Source: a virus | Length of the DNA stretch: 64,000 nt | Reading direction: 5' to 3' (one strand) | IMG/VR virus record: IMGVR_UViG_3300031918_000006 | Location: 1 to 64,000 of that record | In this document: one piece after another, positions 9,942-20,516 of the stretch | Layout of the letters: each line of letters opens with the position of its first letter | Numbering within the stretch: the stretch's first letter is position 1 | The notes under the pieces: model-generated | The model's input: only the letters and a program-made list of their open reading frames with translations | What the model was told of the DNA's origin: nothing | Database searches by the model: none | Program-made: the position numbers and the translations under genes

Positions 9942-10472
9942 ATGAAAGAATTTAATGATTATTTTACAGTAATATTAGGTCATGAAGGGGGATTAGTGAA
10001 TAACCCAAATGATCCAGGAGGTCAAACTAAATATGGAATCTCTTTATTATTTATAAAGGGACTTACTTTAGCTGATGGAGATATAGATCATGATGGAGAT
10101 ATAGATAGTAATGATATTAAAGCACTTACTATAGAAGATTCCAAGGAACTTTATAAAAAGTTCTTTTGGAATCCTTTGCATTTAGAGAAACTTGTAAATG
10201 AGGAACTAAAACTAAATTTATTTGATCACGGAGTAAATGCAGGGACTAAAACAGCAGTTAAATTACTACAAAGGATCCTATCATTAGATGATGATGGATC
10301 TATTGGTAACATGACTATTACTGCTGCCAATAATTACACAGGAAATATTATTGAGGAGTATAAGAAAGCACGAGAAAATTATTATTTAGCCATTATAGCT
10401 AAAAATCCTAAACTTAGTGTATTCAAAAATGGCTGGTTCAATAGAATAAAAACAACAAAATTTAACTCATGA
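9942..10472 (+). CDS. Glycoside hydrolase family 108 muramidase (endolysin-like) with C-terminal peptidoglycan-binding domain
   Basis: HEGGLVNNPNDPGGQTKYGI catalytic signature, FDHGVNAG, DGSIG..T and F.NGW.NR. ATG 9942 preferred to TTG 9936. Confidence 0.9.
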   Translation: MKEFNDYFTVILGHEGGLVNNPNDPGGQTKYGISLLFIKGLTLADGDIDHDGDIDSNDIKALTIEDSKELYKKFFWNPLHLEKLVNEELKLNLFDHGVNAGTKTAVKLLQRILSLDDDGSIGNMTITAANNYTGNIIEEYKKARENYYLAIIAKNPKLSVFKNGWFNRIKTTKFNS

Positions 10473-12700
10473 ACATTTTCAACTACGATAGTTCCGCTAC
10501 TTATACTGAAAAAGAAAAACAATCTGAAGATTATCTAAAAGGATGTATTGATAAAGCTATTACAGAGTTAGTCTATGATAAAGACTATTTGCGTAAAGCA
10601 TATAATTATTACAACTGTACTAGAGATAAAGATCAGTTCCGACATCTAGAAGAAAACTTTGGAATTGGAAGTTCTACAGCAGTAGAATTCATTCCTTTAG
10701 TACGTAGACATATTGATGCCCTAATTGGAGAATTACTTCAATCAAAACTTAGACCAAAAATTACATGTAAGGATTCAGAGACACTTTCTAAAATAGAAAG
10801 AGAGGCTCAAAAAGCTATTTACTCAGCAGAACTTAATAGAATTAAAATTCAACTCTCTGATAATATACAAGCTATATTTGGAGAAGGAAAAGAAGCAGTA
10901 GATAAAGCAAATGAAGAGGAACTTTCTAAACTAAAAGAAATTACTAAAAGGGATTTTATCTCAGAGTATGAAATAGCTGCTCAGAATATGATAGAATTTT
11001 TTTTACAATCAAGAGAAGTAAATCTTTCTTTAAAAAGAGAAAATCTTTTTAAGGATATTCTTATTGGAGGACAGTGTTATTATAAATCTAAAACTAAAAA
11101 AGGATCTCCTGTACCAACAGTAGAAGTATTAAATCCTTTTGATGTGTTTCCAGAGTTAAATGTAAACTCCACTTATATTAACAAAAGTAGAAGAATTGTA
11201 TATGTGAAATACATGTGCAAGGAAGAAATTATAAACGAGTTTGGAGATGATATGTCTAAAGATGATTTAGATCTTTTACAAGATGTAAATCTAGATAGTT
11301 TCTCACATAATGTTTATTATATACGGGCTGAATCTGGCGGTATTGTTTCTAATGTAGAGGCTACTATTCCAGGAACTTATCCGTACTACAATGATAGTTA
11401 TGCTGGAAATAATAGATATCCAGTTTACTACGTAGAATGGTTAGAAAATAATAAAGTAAAAGTGGGAGAAAAAACTTTCTTTAGAATGGACCGTTATAAA
11501 GGTGCTAGAATTGGAAGTGAAATTTATCTTAATATGGGAAAAGATGATACTGTATGTAGATCTATAGAAGATCCATATAATTGTACTCTCTCTATTAATG
11601 GTGTACAATTAACTACACGTTCTGGTAAACCATTTTCCATGGTATTGTCCACTGCTAATCTACAGGATAAATATGATATACTTCATTGGTATCGTGACAC
11701 TTTAATTGCAAATTCTGGAGTAAAAGGTGACTGGATTGATGTGGCTTTAGTTCCTACATTCTTAGGAAATACTCCTGAGGAAAGACTTCTAAAACATGCT
11801 GCTTATAAAAAAGCTGGAAAAGCTTTATTTAATTCTGCCCAAGAAGGTAGAGGTGTTCCTATGAATACTACATTTGCAGGATTTGATGATACTGTTTCAG
11901 GACAATCAATCCAGGCAATACAACTTGCTATTACACAAACAGAAGATATATGTAGTGCTATTACTGGAGTATTTAGAGAAAAACTAGGAGATATAGAACA
12001 ACATGATGCTGTAACGAATGTTGCGGTAGGAATGAGAAATTCTGCAGTAATTACAAAACAATATTTCAACACATTAAATGGAGTAGTAAAAGAGCTTCTC
12101 ACAGATATGCTAAATCTATCAAAAGCTTCTTTAAAAAAAGAATTTAAAGGATCACTTATTTTAGGTAATAGATTAACTAGAATCTTTACAGTACTCCCAG
12201 AAAACATTTCTTTTACAGATCATGATATACATATTGGAGATTCTGAAGAAATTACTAGAGATATTGAGTTGATTAAAAATATGACTATGGAATTAATGAA
12301 AGCAGGTCTTGTGGAACCAGAACTTATGTTCGAGACAATCACAACAGAGAGCTTGACTGAGTTTAAAGAAACCGGCTTAAATTCACTACATAGACAGAAA
12401 GAGGCACAAGGAGTTATGGCAAATCTACAACAACAAGTTGCTCAATATGAACAACAAATGAAAGAAGCCCAAACTCAAATCCAACAACTTTCCTCTAAAG
12501 TACAAGAAAAGGAACAAGCTGAAATTCAATTAAAACAAGCAGAACTTAAGATGAAAACTGAACAAGGTGCTGCTAAAATAAAGAATGATAAAGACTTTAA
12601 TGATCAGACTGTAGGATTAAAAGAAAAACAAATACAAGCTGAAGTTCTACAACTTGCAGATAGTAACAAGAAAAATGACGAAATTAAAAATATAGGATGA
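10469..12700 (+). CDS. Portal protein
   Basis: 743 aa with KAYNYYN, FIPLVRRHIDALIGE, ITGVFREKLG and a C-terminal Q/E-rich coiled coil. Lies between TerL and the MCP as in Crassvirales. Confidence 0.88.
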   Translation: MNIFNYDSSATYTEKEKQSEDYLKGCIDKAITELVYDKDYLRKAYNYYNCTRDKDQFRHLEENFGIGSSTAVEFIPLVRRHIDALIGELLQSKLRPKITCKDSETLSKIEREAQKAIYSAELNRIKIQLSDNIQAIFGEGKEAVDKANEEELSKLKEITKRDFISEYEIAAQNMIEFFLQSREVNLSLKRENLFKDILIGGQCYYKSKTKKGSPVPTVEVLNPFDVFPELNVNSTYINKSRRIVYVKYMCKEEIINEFGDDMSKDDLDLLQDVNLDSFSHNVYYIRAESGGIVSNVEATIPGTYPYYNDSYAGNNRYPVYYVEWLENNKVKVGEKTFFRMDRYKGARIGSEIYLNMGKDDTVCRSIEDPYNCTLSINGVQLTTRSGKPFSMVLSTANLQDKYDILHWYRDTLIANSGVKGDWIDVALVPTFLGNTPEERLLKHAAYKKAGKALFNSAQEGRGVPMNTTFAGFDDTVSGQSIQAIQLAITQTEDICSAITGVFREKLGDIEQHDAVTNVAVGMRNSAVITKQYFNTLNGVVKELLTDMLNLSKASLKKEFKGSLILGNRLTRIFTVLPENISFTDHDIHIGDSEEITRDIELIKNMTMELMKAGLVEPELMFETITTESLTEFKETGLNSLHRQKEAQGVMANLQQQVAQYEQQMKEAQTQIQQLSSKVQEKEQAEIQLKQAELKMKTEQGAAKIKNDKDFNDQTVGLKEKQIQAEVLQLADSNKKNDEIKNIG

Positions 12701-13266
12701 ACATAACAAATTATAAAACAGGCTTTACTATTGCTCCGTCAATACTAACAAATCAAATGGCAGTTACTATTGTAACCTATTTGTCAACAACAAGTAGTAC
12801 TATATTAGCATCATTTGTTACTAATGATGAGATCAATTACGATTTTTTAAAAGACGGACTCTATGAGTTCTCCCAAATAATATTTTCTACTATAGTTACT
12901 CCTACTGGATATTATATTGCTAATAACAAAGTGTATTTAAACACAGTACTTGTACCAGATATGGTTACCTTATTAGATAATACAGCTATCACTAAAGACT
13001 CTGTAAAAATTGTAGTTATTAATGATATAGAAACTTGTTATTCTAATTTAATAAAAAAAGTCTTATCTAATAAATTATCTAAGATTTGTGATATTACACA
13101 TCATGAAGAAGAGATAAAAGATATTCTTCAAATGGCAATAACAGCCATCAAATATGCCTCAGAATTAGGTCTGATTTATCAAGCACAACGTATCGTTGAA
13201 TCTATAATAAGTTCATGTGATATATGTGGTACTACTAATATTGAAAATTGCGGATGTAATGCGTGA
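12697..13266 (+). CDS. Putative structural protein with Cys-rich C-terminus
   Basis: ATGA-coupled to the portal. Ends SSCDICGTTNIENCGCNA. Confidence 0.65.
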   Translation: MNITNYKTGFTIAPSILTNQMAVTIVTYLSTTSSTILASFVTNDEINYDFLKDGLYEFSQIIFSTIVTPTGYYIANNKVYLNTVLVPDMVTLLDNTAITKDSVKIVVINDIETCYSNLIKKVLSNKLSKICDITHHEEEIKDILQMAITAIKYASELGLIYQAQRIVESIISSCDICGTTNIENCGCNA

Positions 13267-13426
13267 ATTAGAACTTAAATTACTAAATAGTTTTATAAAA
13301 ATTTTAGAATCTTATGAGGGAGGGAATCCCCTTCCTTATAAAAATTTAAAACTTTATATGGAATCTTATGAGATGAATATATTAACAGACCAAAAATACT
13401 ATGAATTCGTATGGGACAATTTATAA
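13259..13426 (+). CDS. Small hypothetical protein (55 aa)
   Basis: ATG 13259 overlaps the upstream gene end, and the ORF bridges the gap to the next gene. Confidence 0.55.
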   Translation: MRELELKLLNSFIKILESYEGGNPLPYKNLKLYMESYEMNILTDQKYYEFVWDNL

Positions 13427-16017
13427 CAACAGTTGGTAATGTTACAATTACCACTCCTACTAGTGTTTCTATGCCAGATTATAATCTAGCAGAGAGCATT
13501 CTTATACCACTACAAAATCCTTATAATCCAGCTACTCTAAGTGTAACACAGGTTACAGGAACTTCCACAAAAGATCTAATGAGTCAAAAGGCTACTACGG
13601 ATGCAATTAATGGGGTACAAAATAATTTAACTAATGCTATTAATGCTTTACCTGCATTTCCACCAGAGACAGAGCCTGCATTTAATGCTTCTATTGCATT
13701 TAATTTAACATCTTCTGATCTCACTAATTTTAGAACAGCTTATGGATGGGGTAATCATGCGGGATTATATAGACCGATTGGTTATGTACCAGCTTGGAGT
13801 GAAATTTCTTCTAAACCTGTCTTTGCTACAGTAGCTACTACAGGAAGTTACAATGATTTAATAAATAAACCTACACTATTTAATGGAACATGGACCAGTT
13901 TAACTGGAAAACCTACTGCCTTAAGTGCCTTTACTAATGATTTATTATTTATTTCATCTTATACGGAAACTGACCCAACAGTTCCTTCCTATGTAAAATC
14001 AATTTCCTCTACTAATATAACCAATTGGAATACAGCAGTAACTAATTCGCATTTGCATGCTAATAAAACTGTACTTGATGGTATAGATGCTACGGCAGTA
14101 AGTAATTGGAATGGAAAACAACCTGCTGGGGCTTATTTAATTGCCTCTGATATTACAGGTAAAGAAAATATTTCTAACAAAGAAAATACAACTCTTGATA
14201 CTTCTATCACTAAATATCCCACAAATAATTTAATCAAAACTTATGTAGATAATAAAACCACATCTTTAATTCCTACAAATAGTAAAATAATTCCTACAGA
14301 TTTTATATGGACTGGAGTTTTAACTGGATCAAATCAAACATGGATAATCACATTTAATCATGTTATTAGTGGAAATGTAACAATTCCTGCAAATGTAACT
14401 TTATATTTTATGGGAGGGTCTATTACAGGTATTACTACATTAACAGGAAACAATACTAAAATTATTGCGGATGATGCTAATATAATTTCAGCCACAACTA
14501 TAGCTGGAACTTGGACCACAGATCATACGTGGTTTAGATGGTTTGGGGCCAAAGGTGATGCTGCTACAGATGATTATGTTAAAGGTCAGCAGTTGCTTGA
14601 TTGGGCATATTCTAATAATAGGATGAAAGTATGGATGGGTACTGGACGTTATAGGGTAGCAACAAGTGGTTTTACAATAAAAGTAGATTTTGAAGGACAA
14701 GGGAATCATACATATGGTAATTCTAGTGAAATATACAACAGAACTACAAGTGGTTATGGAGTAAAAGTAGCAGAAAATTACATTACCCTACAGAATTTTA
14801 CAGTTTATGGAAATGCTACTGCTAATTTTGGAGTAGGTGCTACTTGTGGAGATGGTATATTAGTAGATGGTACAATCTATACTGGAATTCAGTATGTAAC
14901 TTTTAAGAATGTAATTGCAATAAGAAATAGTTATGGATTTAGATTTACTGCAGGTGCCTGGTTAATAAACTTTTATGATTGTTATGCAGTTGAGAATCTC
15001 TATGATGGATTTAATGCAGATTCAGGGGATGGTGGTGTAGTAAATACAGGTCAGAAAAATCATATAAATTGGTTTGGCTGTACATCTACTGGAAATGGTC
15101 GTAATGGCTGGACTCTATGGGGAATGTCACTTCATTTATATGGATGCGATGCTGAATTAAACTACGCTCAAGGAGTTGACTTGAATAATGTACTCTCAAA
15201 AGATAGAACTTTTGATGTAGATTGTTTAAATACAATGATTTCAGGTTGTCACTTTGAAGGCAATGGTTATGGGGCTATCCATGTTAGTGGTGGAATATAT
15301 AATACACACTACATGTATGTTAGAGGATTGATTATAGAGGGATGTTATATTTATGATGGCACAGCTTTAATGAAAGATAGTAGAGTAAATTCTTTACTAT
15401 TTGAAAGTTATGGTGCAGTAAATGAAGGAACAGGTGCTATACGTAATGTCAGAGTAGCTAATAATACATTTGCGGGAGACATGGCTGTACTATGTAATTT
15501 TAATGGATTACTTGATGCACAATCATATATCGATTTACCTACTGATACTCATTTTATAAACTTTGGTAGAGCTACTAATCCAAATCAATATCGTACTTTA
15601 GTTATTAATGGTTATTTTTATGCAAAAGGAGTTACTTGGACTAATCCATTAAGATCTGAGACAGTACCAACTGGAACTACAGTATCTTTTCCAATAACAT
15701 TACCTTCAAATTGTAATATTCAACAATATAAAATTTGGGTACAAACAGATGCTACTAATTATACAATTACTTTTAATACAATGGCTCGTGATGGTTTAAC
15801 TGGAATTGGAGCATATGGTAATTCATTGATTTATACAGATGCTATTGCAGGAAATTCAGGAAGTAAACTTATAAACTCTTCCACTACTGGATCATACACA
15901 GCTTCTAATAGAGTTATTGAGAGTAAAAATGATATGTATCTTAACATTACTGTTACGATTACTACTCCTGGAACTTATCTTTATTTAGGTAATCCTGTTA
16001 TACTTTACAAACCTTAA
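13411..16017 (+). CDS. Tailspike/fibre with pectate-lyase-like right-handed beta-helix (putative polysaccharide depolymerase)
   Basis: N-terminal fibre motifs (MSQKATTD, AYGWGNH, ATTGSYNDL.NKP, ETDPTVP), then WFGAKGDAATDD and repeated G/N/C-rich beta-helix rungs. Confidence 0.8.
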   Translation: MGQFITTVGNVTITTPTSVSMPDYNLAESILIPLQNPYNPATLSVTQVTGTSTKDLMSQKATTDAINGVQNNLTNAINALPAFPPETEPAFNASIAFNLTSSDLTNFRTAYGWGNHAGLYRPIGYVPAWSEISSKPVFATVATTGSYNDLINKPTLFNGTWTSLTGKPTALSAFTNDLLFISSYTETDPTVPSYVKSISSTNITNWNTAVTNSHLHANKTVLDGIDATAVSNWNGKQPAGAYLIASDITGKENISNKENTTLDTSITKYPTNNLIKTYVDNKTTSLIPTNSKIIPTDFIWTGVLTGSNQTWIITFNHVISGNVTIPANVTLYFMGGSITGITTLTGNNTKIIADDANIISATTIAGTWTTDHTWFRWFGAKGDAATDDYVKGQQLLDWAYSNNRMKVWMGTGRYRVATSGFTIKVDFEGQGNHTYGNSSEIYNRTTSGYGVKVAENYITLQNFTVYGNATANFGVGATCGDGILVDGTIYTGIQYVTFKNVIAIRNSYGFRFTAGAWLINFYDCYAVENLYDGFNADSGDGGVVNTGQKNHINWFGCTSTGNGRNGWTLWGMSLHLYGCDAELNYAQGVDLNNVLSKDRTFDVDCLNTMISGCHFEGNGYGAIHVSGGIYNTHYMYVRGLIIEGCYIYDGTALMKDSRVNSLLFESYGAVNEGTGAIRNVRVANNTFAGDMAVLCNFNGLLDAQSYIDLPTDTHFINFGRATNPNQYRTLVINGYFYAKGVTWTNPLRSETVPTGTTVSFPITLPSNCNIQQYKIWVQTDATNYTITFNTMARDGLTGIGAYGNSLIYTDAIAGNSGSKLINSSTTGSYTASNRVIESKNDMYLNITVTITTPGTYLYLGNPVILYKP

Positions 16018-16032
16018 AACTACAAATAAAAA

Positions 16033-16072
16033 ATCCATGGTTGTTTATTTTAAAAAGTAAATAATCATGGAT
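16033..16072 (+). terminator. Long intergenic RNA hairpin (terminator or processing site)
   Basis: ATCCATGGTTGTTTA...TAAATAATCATGGAT. Both stem mismatches are G-U pairs on the + strand. The T tract follows at a short distance. Confidence 0.45.
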
Positions 16073-16096
16073 AAATTAAATTTTTTTTAAATAAAG

Positions 16097-16128
16097 TTTG
16101 TGTTTGTAAATTAAAAAGTTTACATTTG
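16097..16128 (+). promoter_or_regulatory. Bacteroidota-type promoter for the scaffold/capsid operon
   Basis: TTTG at 16097-16100 and TACATTTG at 16121-16128. Confidence 0.75.
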
Positions 16129-16152
16129 CAAAATTAATTAATAGGAAATAAT

Positions 16153-17274
16153 ATGACACAACCCACAATGAAAGTTCTTGATGATAGTTATCTCACGGAC
16201 GACGATGATTTTGCAACTGGAAATCAAGATTTAAGTCCCATCGAACTAGACCCTATAGATCCTATAGAGGAAGGTGATGAAGGAGATATGACCATCCGCC
16301 AACTAAGCGCAGATGAACGTGATGCACCAGCACCCATACAAACACCCATAGACACAGATATTGTAGCACTTTTACTTAAAAATAAAGGTATAGTAGATCC
16401 TACTCAAATTCTTTTTGAAGAAGAAGATGGTACTGAAACTACTCGTGATTTTAACACTTTAACTCAAGAAGAACAATTAGAACTTCTAGAAGCTAATGAT
16501 AGTGAAATTAATTACGGCCTGGAAGATACAGAAGTAGAAGCTGTAAATTATTTGAGAGAAAATAATGTAACTCTAGATGAACTTATTGCTTATCATAGAA
16601 GAACAGCAGTAGAAGAATTTCAAAACTCAGGAGAAACCTCTTTTGAAATTGACGCCTTCACAGATGAAGAATTATATGTATTAGATTTAAAAGCTGAATT
16701 TGAAGATTTTACTAATGAAGAATTAGAAATCAAGTTGACTAAAGCTTTAGAAAGCCCTGATTTATTCAAAAAGGAAATAGATAAAATAAGGAGTAAATAT
16801 AAAACCTTAGAAGAAGAAGATAGAACAGCCTCTGCCGCCCTATTAACACAGGAACAAGAAGAAGCTTTTCAACAGATTACAAATGCTATAAGTGACGTGG
16901 CAGCACGTACAGACGATATGTATGGCATAGACCTAGAAGAATCCGATAAGGAAGATATAATTAATTTAATAACAGATAGAGATTTAAACGGTGTAACTCC
17001 GTTAGTTAAGGCACTTGATGATCCTGATAAATTATTTAAAGCAGCTTGGTTTATTGCCAAGGGAGAAGAGGCTTTTGATATTCTGCATAAATATTACACA
17101 AAGCAGATTGAAGAAGTTAGAAAAACCTCACTACAAAAAGGAAGAGAAGAAGTTACGAAAGGTTTACAAACTAAACCTGTAAATAGAATTCCAACTACCT
17201 CTACTACTAGACAAACTGCTCCAGCTAAAAAAGTCATGACAATGGATGACCTCTACAATAATATAAACGATTAA
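16153..17274 (+). CDS. Acidic protein upstream of the MCP, putative scaffolding protein
   Basis: Very D/E-rich and helical, with a basic low-complexity tail. Immediately precedes the MCP. Confidence 0.65.
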   Translation: MTQPTMKVLDDSYLTDDDDFATGNQDLSPIELDPIDPIEEGDEGDMTIRQLSADERDAPAPIQTPIDTDIVALLLKNKGIVDPTQILFEEEDGTETTRDFNTLTQEEQLELLEANDSEINYGLEDTEVEAVNYLRENNVTLDELIAYHRRTAVEEFQNSGETSFEIDAFTDEELYVLDLKAEFEDFTNEELEIKLTKALESPDLFKKEIDKIRSKYKTLEEEDRTASAALLTQEQEEAFQQITNAISDVAARTDDMYGIDLEESDKEDIINLITDRDLNGVTPLVKALDDPDKLFKAAWFIAKGEEAFDILHKYYTKQIEEVRKTSLQKGREEVTKGLQTKPVNRIPTTSTTRQTAPAKKVMTMDDLYNNIND

Positions 17275-17293
17275 TAACGTAACAAATTAAATT

Positions 17294-18718
17294 ATGGCTT
17301 TAGTAACAAGTTTTGTTAGTCAAGGTCCCTCAATGGGCCAAACTAAGACTTATGAAGACTTTGGAAAATTCCTTGGACTTCGCCCTCATAGACTAGGTAT
17401 CGTCTCTAAAATGTATCCAAATCTAACAGCGTCATTCTTAACTGAATCGCTTATGAACATCTACTACAATGAAAACAAAGCTTCCAAATTCCAAAACATT
17501 GATGCAATGGTATTTGAGTGGGAGATTGATGTTAACTTCATCAAACGTGTAGAATTTGCAGCTGTACCTACGGGAACAGGATTGAATGGTTCAGATATTA
17601 TCATGCCATTCAAAGAAAGATATTACGAAAAATATGATACTTTTCGTATCGAAGGTTCTCGTCAGCAATGTTTTGTAAAGAGTTCTCCTATTCGTAAAGC
17701 TGATAACTACTGGGAAGTTGTTGTACAGTTAATCGATGCTGATTATTCATCAGTTCTTGATACTACTGCTACACAAGTAGGAAATACAACTCGTTGGATT
17801 TCTAACTACCATCCTGAATTATCAGAAGAAGGTTACACTAAGTATCAATCAAATATTGAAAGACATAGAAATCACATTTCTCTTCATAGAAATGATGTAT
17901 CTTTCTCTAGTCAGTTCGCTGCTTTAGAAGATGTATTTATTTCAATTGGACAACCAGATGCTGCTAATAACGGTAACTTCAAAGAAGTGGTTTACAAGAT
18001 GAAGAAAAAAGAACAAGAATGTCTTGAATCTTTCATGTTGGCTAGAAATCAAGGAATGCTCTTTGGGAAATCTAACTTTGATAAGAATGGTAAATGCACC
18101 ATTACTGATCCTAAAACAGGACGTGCTATCCCAATGGGAGATGGTCTTATTGCTCAAATTGAAAGATATGCTAACAAATATGCTTATGCTAAGTTAACTA
18201 TCAATGCATTCGATACGATGATTGAAACCATGCGTGAACGTGCAAAAGAACCAACGGGCAACCAATGGGTATTCGTTTGTAACGAGAAAATGTGGACACA
18301 AATCCAAAGAACTCTTAGAGATTATCTTAAAGACTGGAAAACAAATGGTGTGTTCTTCTACTCGAAGAAAGCCGGTGGTATGGTAGAAGTAGGGGCAACC
18401 TTCGATACTTATAACTTCGGTGGTAACCAATTAACTTTCCACGTTGATAGAAGTTTAACATACGAATATCCTGATAAAGGCTACGGTTTATGTATTGACT
18501 TAACATCAGATAAAACTTCAGGTGTTCCTGCAGCTCAGATGTTCACACTTAAGGGTGGTGAATTCATCAGAGGCGTACTAAAAGGTGTTGGTGGAATGGA
18601 TGGTGTAACTTCAGGTGATGTAAATACTGCTGTCGCAGGTAGTAAGATTATTCACATGGGTTATGCAGGTATTGGAATTTACAATCCTTACCGTTCATTT
18701 ATCATGATGGAACAGTAA
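17294..18718 (+). CDS. Major capsid protein
   Basis: 474 aa with crAss-like MCP-type motifs (FEWEID, PELSEEG, GDGLIAQIE). Codon usage differs from neighbours (TTC, AAC, CGT), and a strong terminator follows. Confidence 0.88.
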   Translation: MALVTSFVSQGPSMGQTKTYEDFGKFLGLRPHRLGIVSKMYPNLTASFLTESLMNIYYNENKASKFQNIDAMVFEWEIDVNFIKRVEFAAVPTGTGLNGSDIIMPFKERYYEKYDTFRIEGSRQQCFVKSSPIRKADNYWEVVVQLIDADYSSVLDTTATQVGNTTRWISNYHPELSEEGYTKYQSNIERHRNHISLHRNDVSFSSQFAALEDVFISIGQPDAANNGNFKEVVYKMKKKEQECLESFMLARNQGMLFGKSNFDKNGKCTITDPKTGRAIPMGDGLIAQIERYANKYAYAKLTINAFDTMIETMRERAKEPTGNQWVFVCNEKMWTQIQRTLRDYLKDWKTNGVFFYSKKAGGMVEVGATFDTYNFGGNQLTFHVDRSLTYEYPDKGYGLCIDLTSDKTSGVPAAQMFTLKGGEFIRGVLKGVGGMDGVTSGDVNTAVAGSKIIHMGYAGIGIYNPYRSFIMMEQ

Positions 18719-18733
18719 TATATACAATAGATA

Positions 18734-18765
18734 AAAGGGGGCAGAAATGCTCCCTTTCTTTTTTT
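18734..18765 (+). terminator. Intrinsic terminator after the MCP
   Basis: AAAGGGGGCA-GAAA-TGCTCCCTTT followed by CTTTTTTT. Confidence 0.85.
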
Positions 18766-18808
18766 ATAAATTTTTTACAAATCCTGCATCTATTTGAAAA
18801 ATAATTCT

Positions 18809-18816
18809 TATATTTG
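18809..18816 (+). promoter_or_regulatory. Bacteroidota-type -7 promoter element
   Basis: TATATTTG upstream of ATG 18844. Confidence 0.7.
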
Positions 18817-18843
18817 CGGAATTAACAATAATATTGAACTAAT

Positions 18844-19707
18844 ATGGAAAACAGAATTATTATTCGTAGTGTCTTTAAAATTACGAAATGTTACATGGAA
18901 CCTGCTAAGGATCCAAAAACCAACCGATTCCCTGACTCAGTAAGAGAAGTGAATTCTGCTGGTGATATGATCCTCTCAGAAGAAGATCGTAAATCAGGAA
19001 AATTTTTCGTGAAATCTACGGATGTCATTGAAATTACTGATGGTAAAGAATTTAACTTGGATGACCCAATCGATGTAGCACAGTGGGATTCTATTAAATT
19101 CTCAAAAAGAATTGCACAGGATAGAATGGAAAAAGATATCTTAGGAAATCTTTCAATTGATGGAAATGCATTACGTTATGGTACTGCAGAATTTTACATC
19201 GAACATCCTGGACAAGAAACAAAACAAAAAATCAACAGAAAACTTATTATACACAAGGCCATTGGTTTTATCTTTGGAGATTCTCCAGAAGGTTTATATC
19301 AGAAAGTTAGAATTCTAGGTCATGAAATGAAGGGCAGCTCAATTAGTGATGTGCAAGATTACTTGCATGCTATCGCAGAGAAAGATCCCGAAAAAGTAAT
19401 TGATCTATATACAGGAGGTGATACTCAACTAAGAATTTTCTTGTTAGACTCAATTGATAAGAATGTAATCTTAAACAGAAATGGTTTATTCTATTATGCT
19501 GATACTATTTTAGGAAGTGCTGATTCTGCAGTAATTAACTGGTTCAAGCAACCTGCTAACAAGACAATGGTAAACATTATTAAAGCAGAGACTTATCCAG
19601 ATTTAGTACTAAAAAATTATGCTACTAAACAAGAAGGAGTAACAGAATCTTTACCAATTAAAGAAGAAGTTTCTAATACTCAAACAACAAAACCAATTAA
19701 AAAATAA
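18844..19707 (+). CDS. Conserved crAss-like protein downstream of the MCP, function unknown
   Basis: 287 aa with its own promoter. Confidence 0.7.
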   Translation: MENRIIIRSVFKITKCYMEPAKDPKTNRFPDSVREVNSAGDMILSEEDRKSGKFFVKSTDVIEITDGKEFNLDDPIDVAQWDSIKFSKRIAQDRMEKDILGNLSIDGNALRYGTAEFYIEHPGQETKQKINRKLIIHKAIGFIFGDSPEGLYQKVRILGHEMKGSSISDVQDYLHAIAEKDPEKVIDLYTGGDTQLRIFLLDSIDKNVILNRNGLFYYADTILGSADSAVINWFKQPANKTMVNIIKAETYPDLVLKNYATKQEGVTESLPIKEEVSNTQTTKPIKK

Positions 19708-19712
19708 GAATT

Positions 19713-20483
19713 ATGACAGTAAGAGAAGTTTATGATTATCTTTTGACCGAGAGCAATAAAGTAGAAGCTCCTTCTATATTACTGGATTCTTTCAATTATT
19801 TTTTAGGGAAAGCAATAAATGAAACAACTAATCAATGGTATGCTTTTTATGAGCAAAACCAATTAGTTACTGATAACTTAAGGGTACTCACACGCCCGGC
19901 CACATTAGTTAATGCAAATATATCTACGGGAGACTTTTACAAGCTTCCTGTAGATTACTGGCATCTTTTACCAGGTGGTATAGTGAATTTTGTACAAGCA
20001 GATGGAGCAACTCCCTGTGATGCAACTTGGCAATCAACTCCTATTAAATTAGATAGTCAAATAAACTCAGGTATACTTAAAGATTATTATACAAAGCCAT
20101 CTTATAAGAGGCCCTATTTGTATATGCATGAGTTTCATAACACTACAACAGTTGGAGGAGTTACTACCACAACCATTTATGAAATTGAGATTAAAGCCGG
20201 TAAAAAAAATATTTATAAACCGACTACTCTATATATAGATTATTTAAAAAAGCCCAATCTCCCTAATAAAACTCTAAAGGAGACGGACCCAACTAACCTC
20301 TACCTTACATTTGAAGAGTTAGAGTCAGATACAGATATCTCTCAAAAACTAGAATTCCCAGAGAATTATTGTTATGAGATTGTCAACAAATTAACAGCAC
20401 TTGTTCTGGAGCAAACTGGAGATCCTAGATTGCAAAACAATATTCCATTAAATCAAACAATGGTGCCTCCAAAACAGGGATAG
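19713..20483 (+). CDS. Putative tail ring / head-tail structural protein
   Basis: Motifs NK.EAP, YIDYLKKP, LEFPE...EIV and GDPRLQ, in the structural operon. Ends in TAG with an in-frame TAA at 20496-20498. Confidence 0.6.
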   Translation: MTVREVYDYLLTESNKVEAPSILLDSFNYFLGKAINETTNQWYAFYEQNQLVTDNLRVLTRPATLVNANISTGDFYKLPVDYWHLLPGGIVNFVQADGATPCDATWQSTPIKLDSQINSGILKDYYTKPSYKRPYLYMHEFHNTTTVGGVTTTTIYEIEIKAGKKNIYKPTTLYIDYLKKPNLPNKTLKETDPTNLYLTFEELESDTDISQKLEFPENYCYEIVNKLTALVLEQTGDPRLQNNIPLNQTMVPPKQG

Positions 20484-20516
20484 ATAATGCTTTATTAATT
20501 TAAAATATTTTAAACT

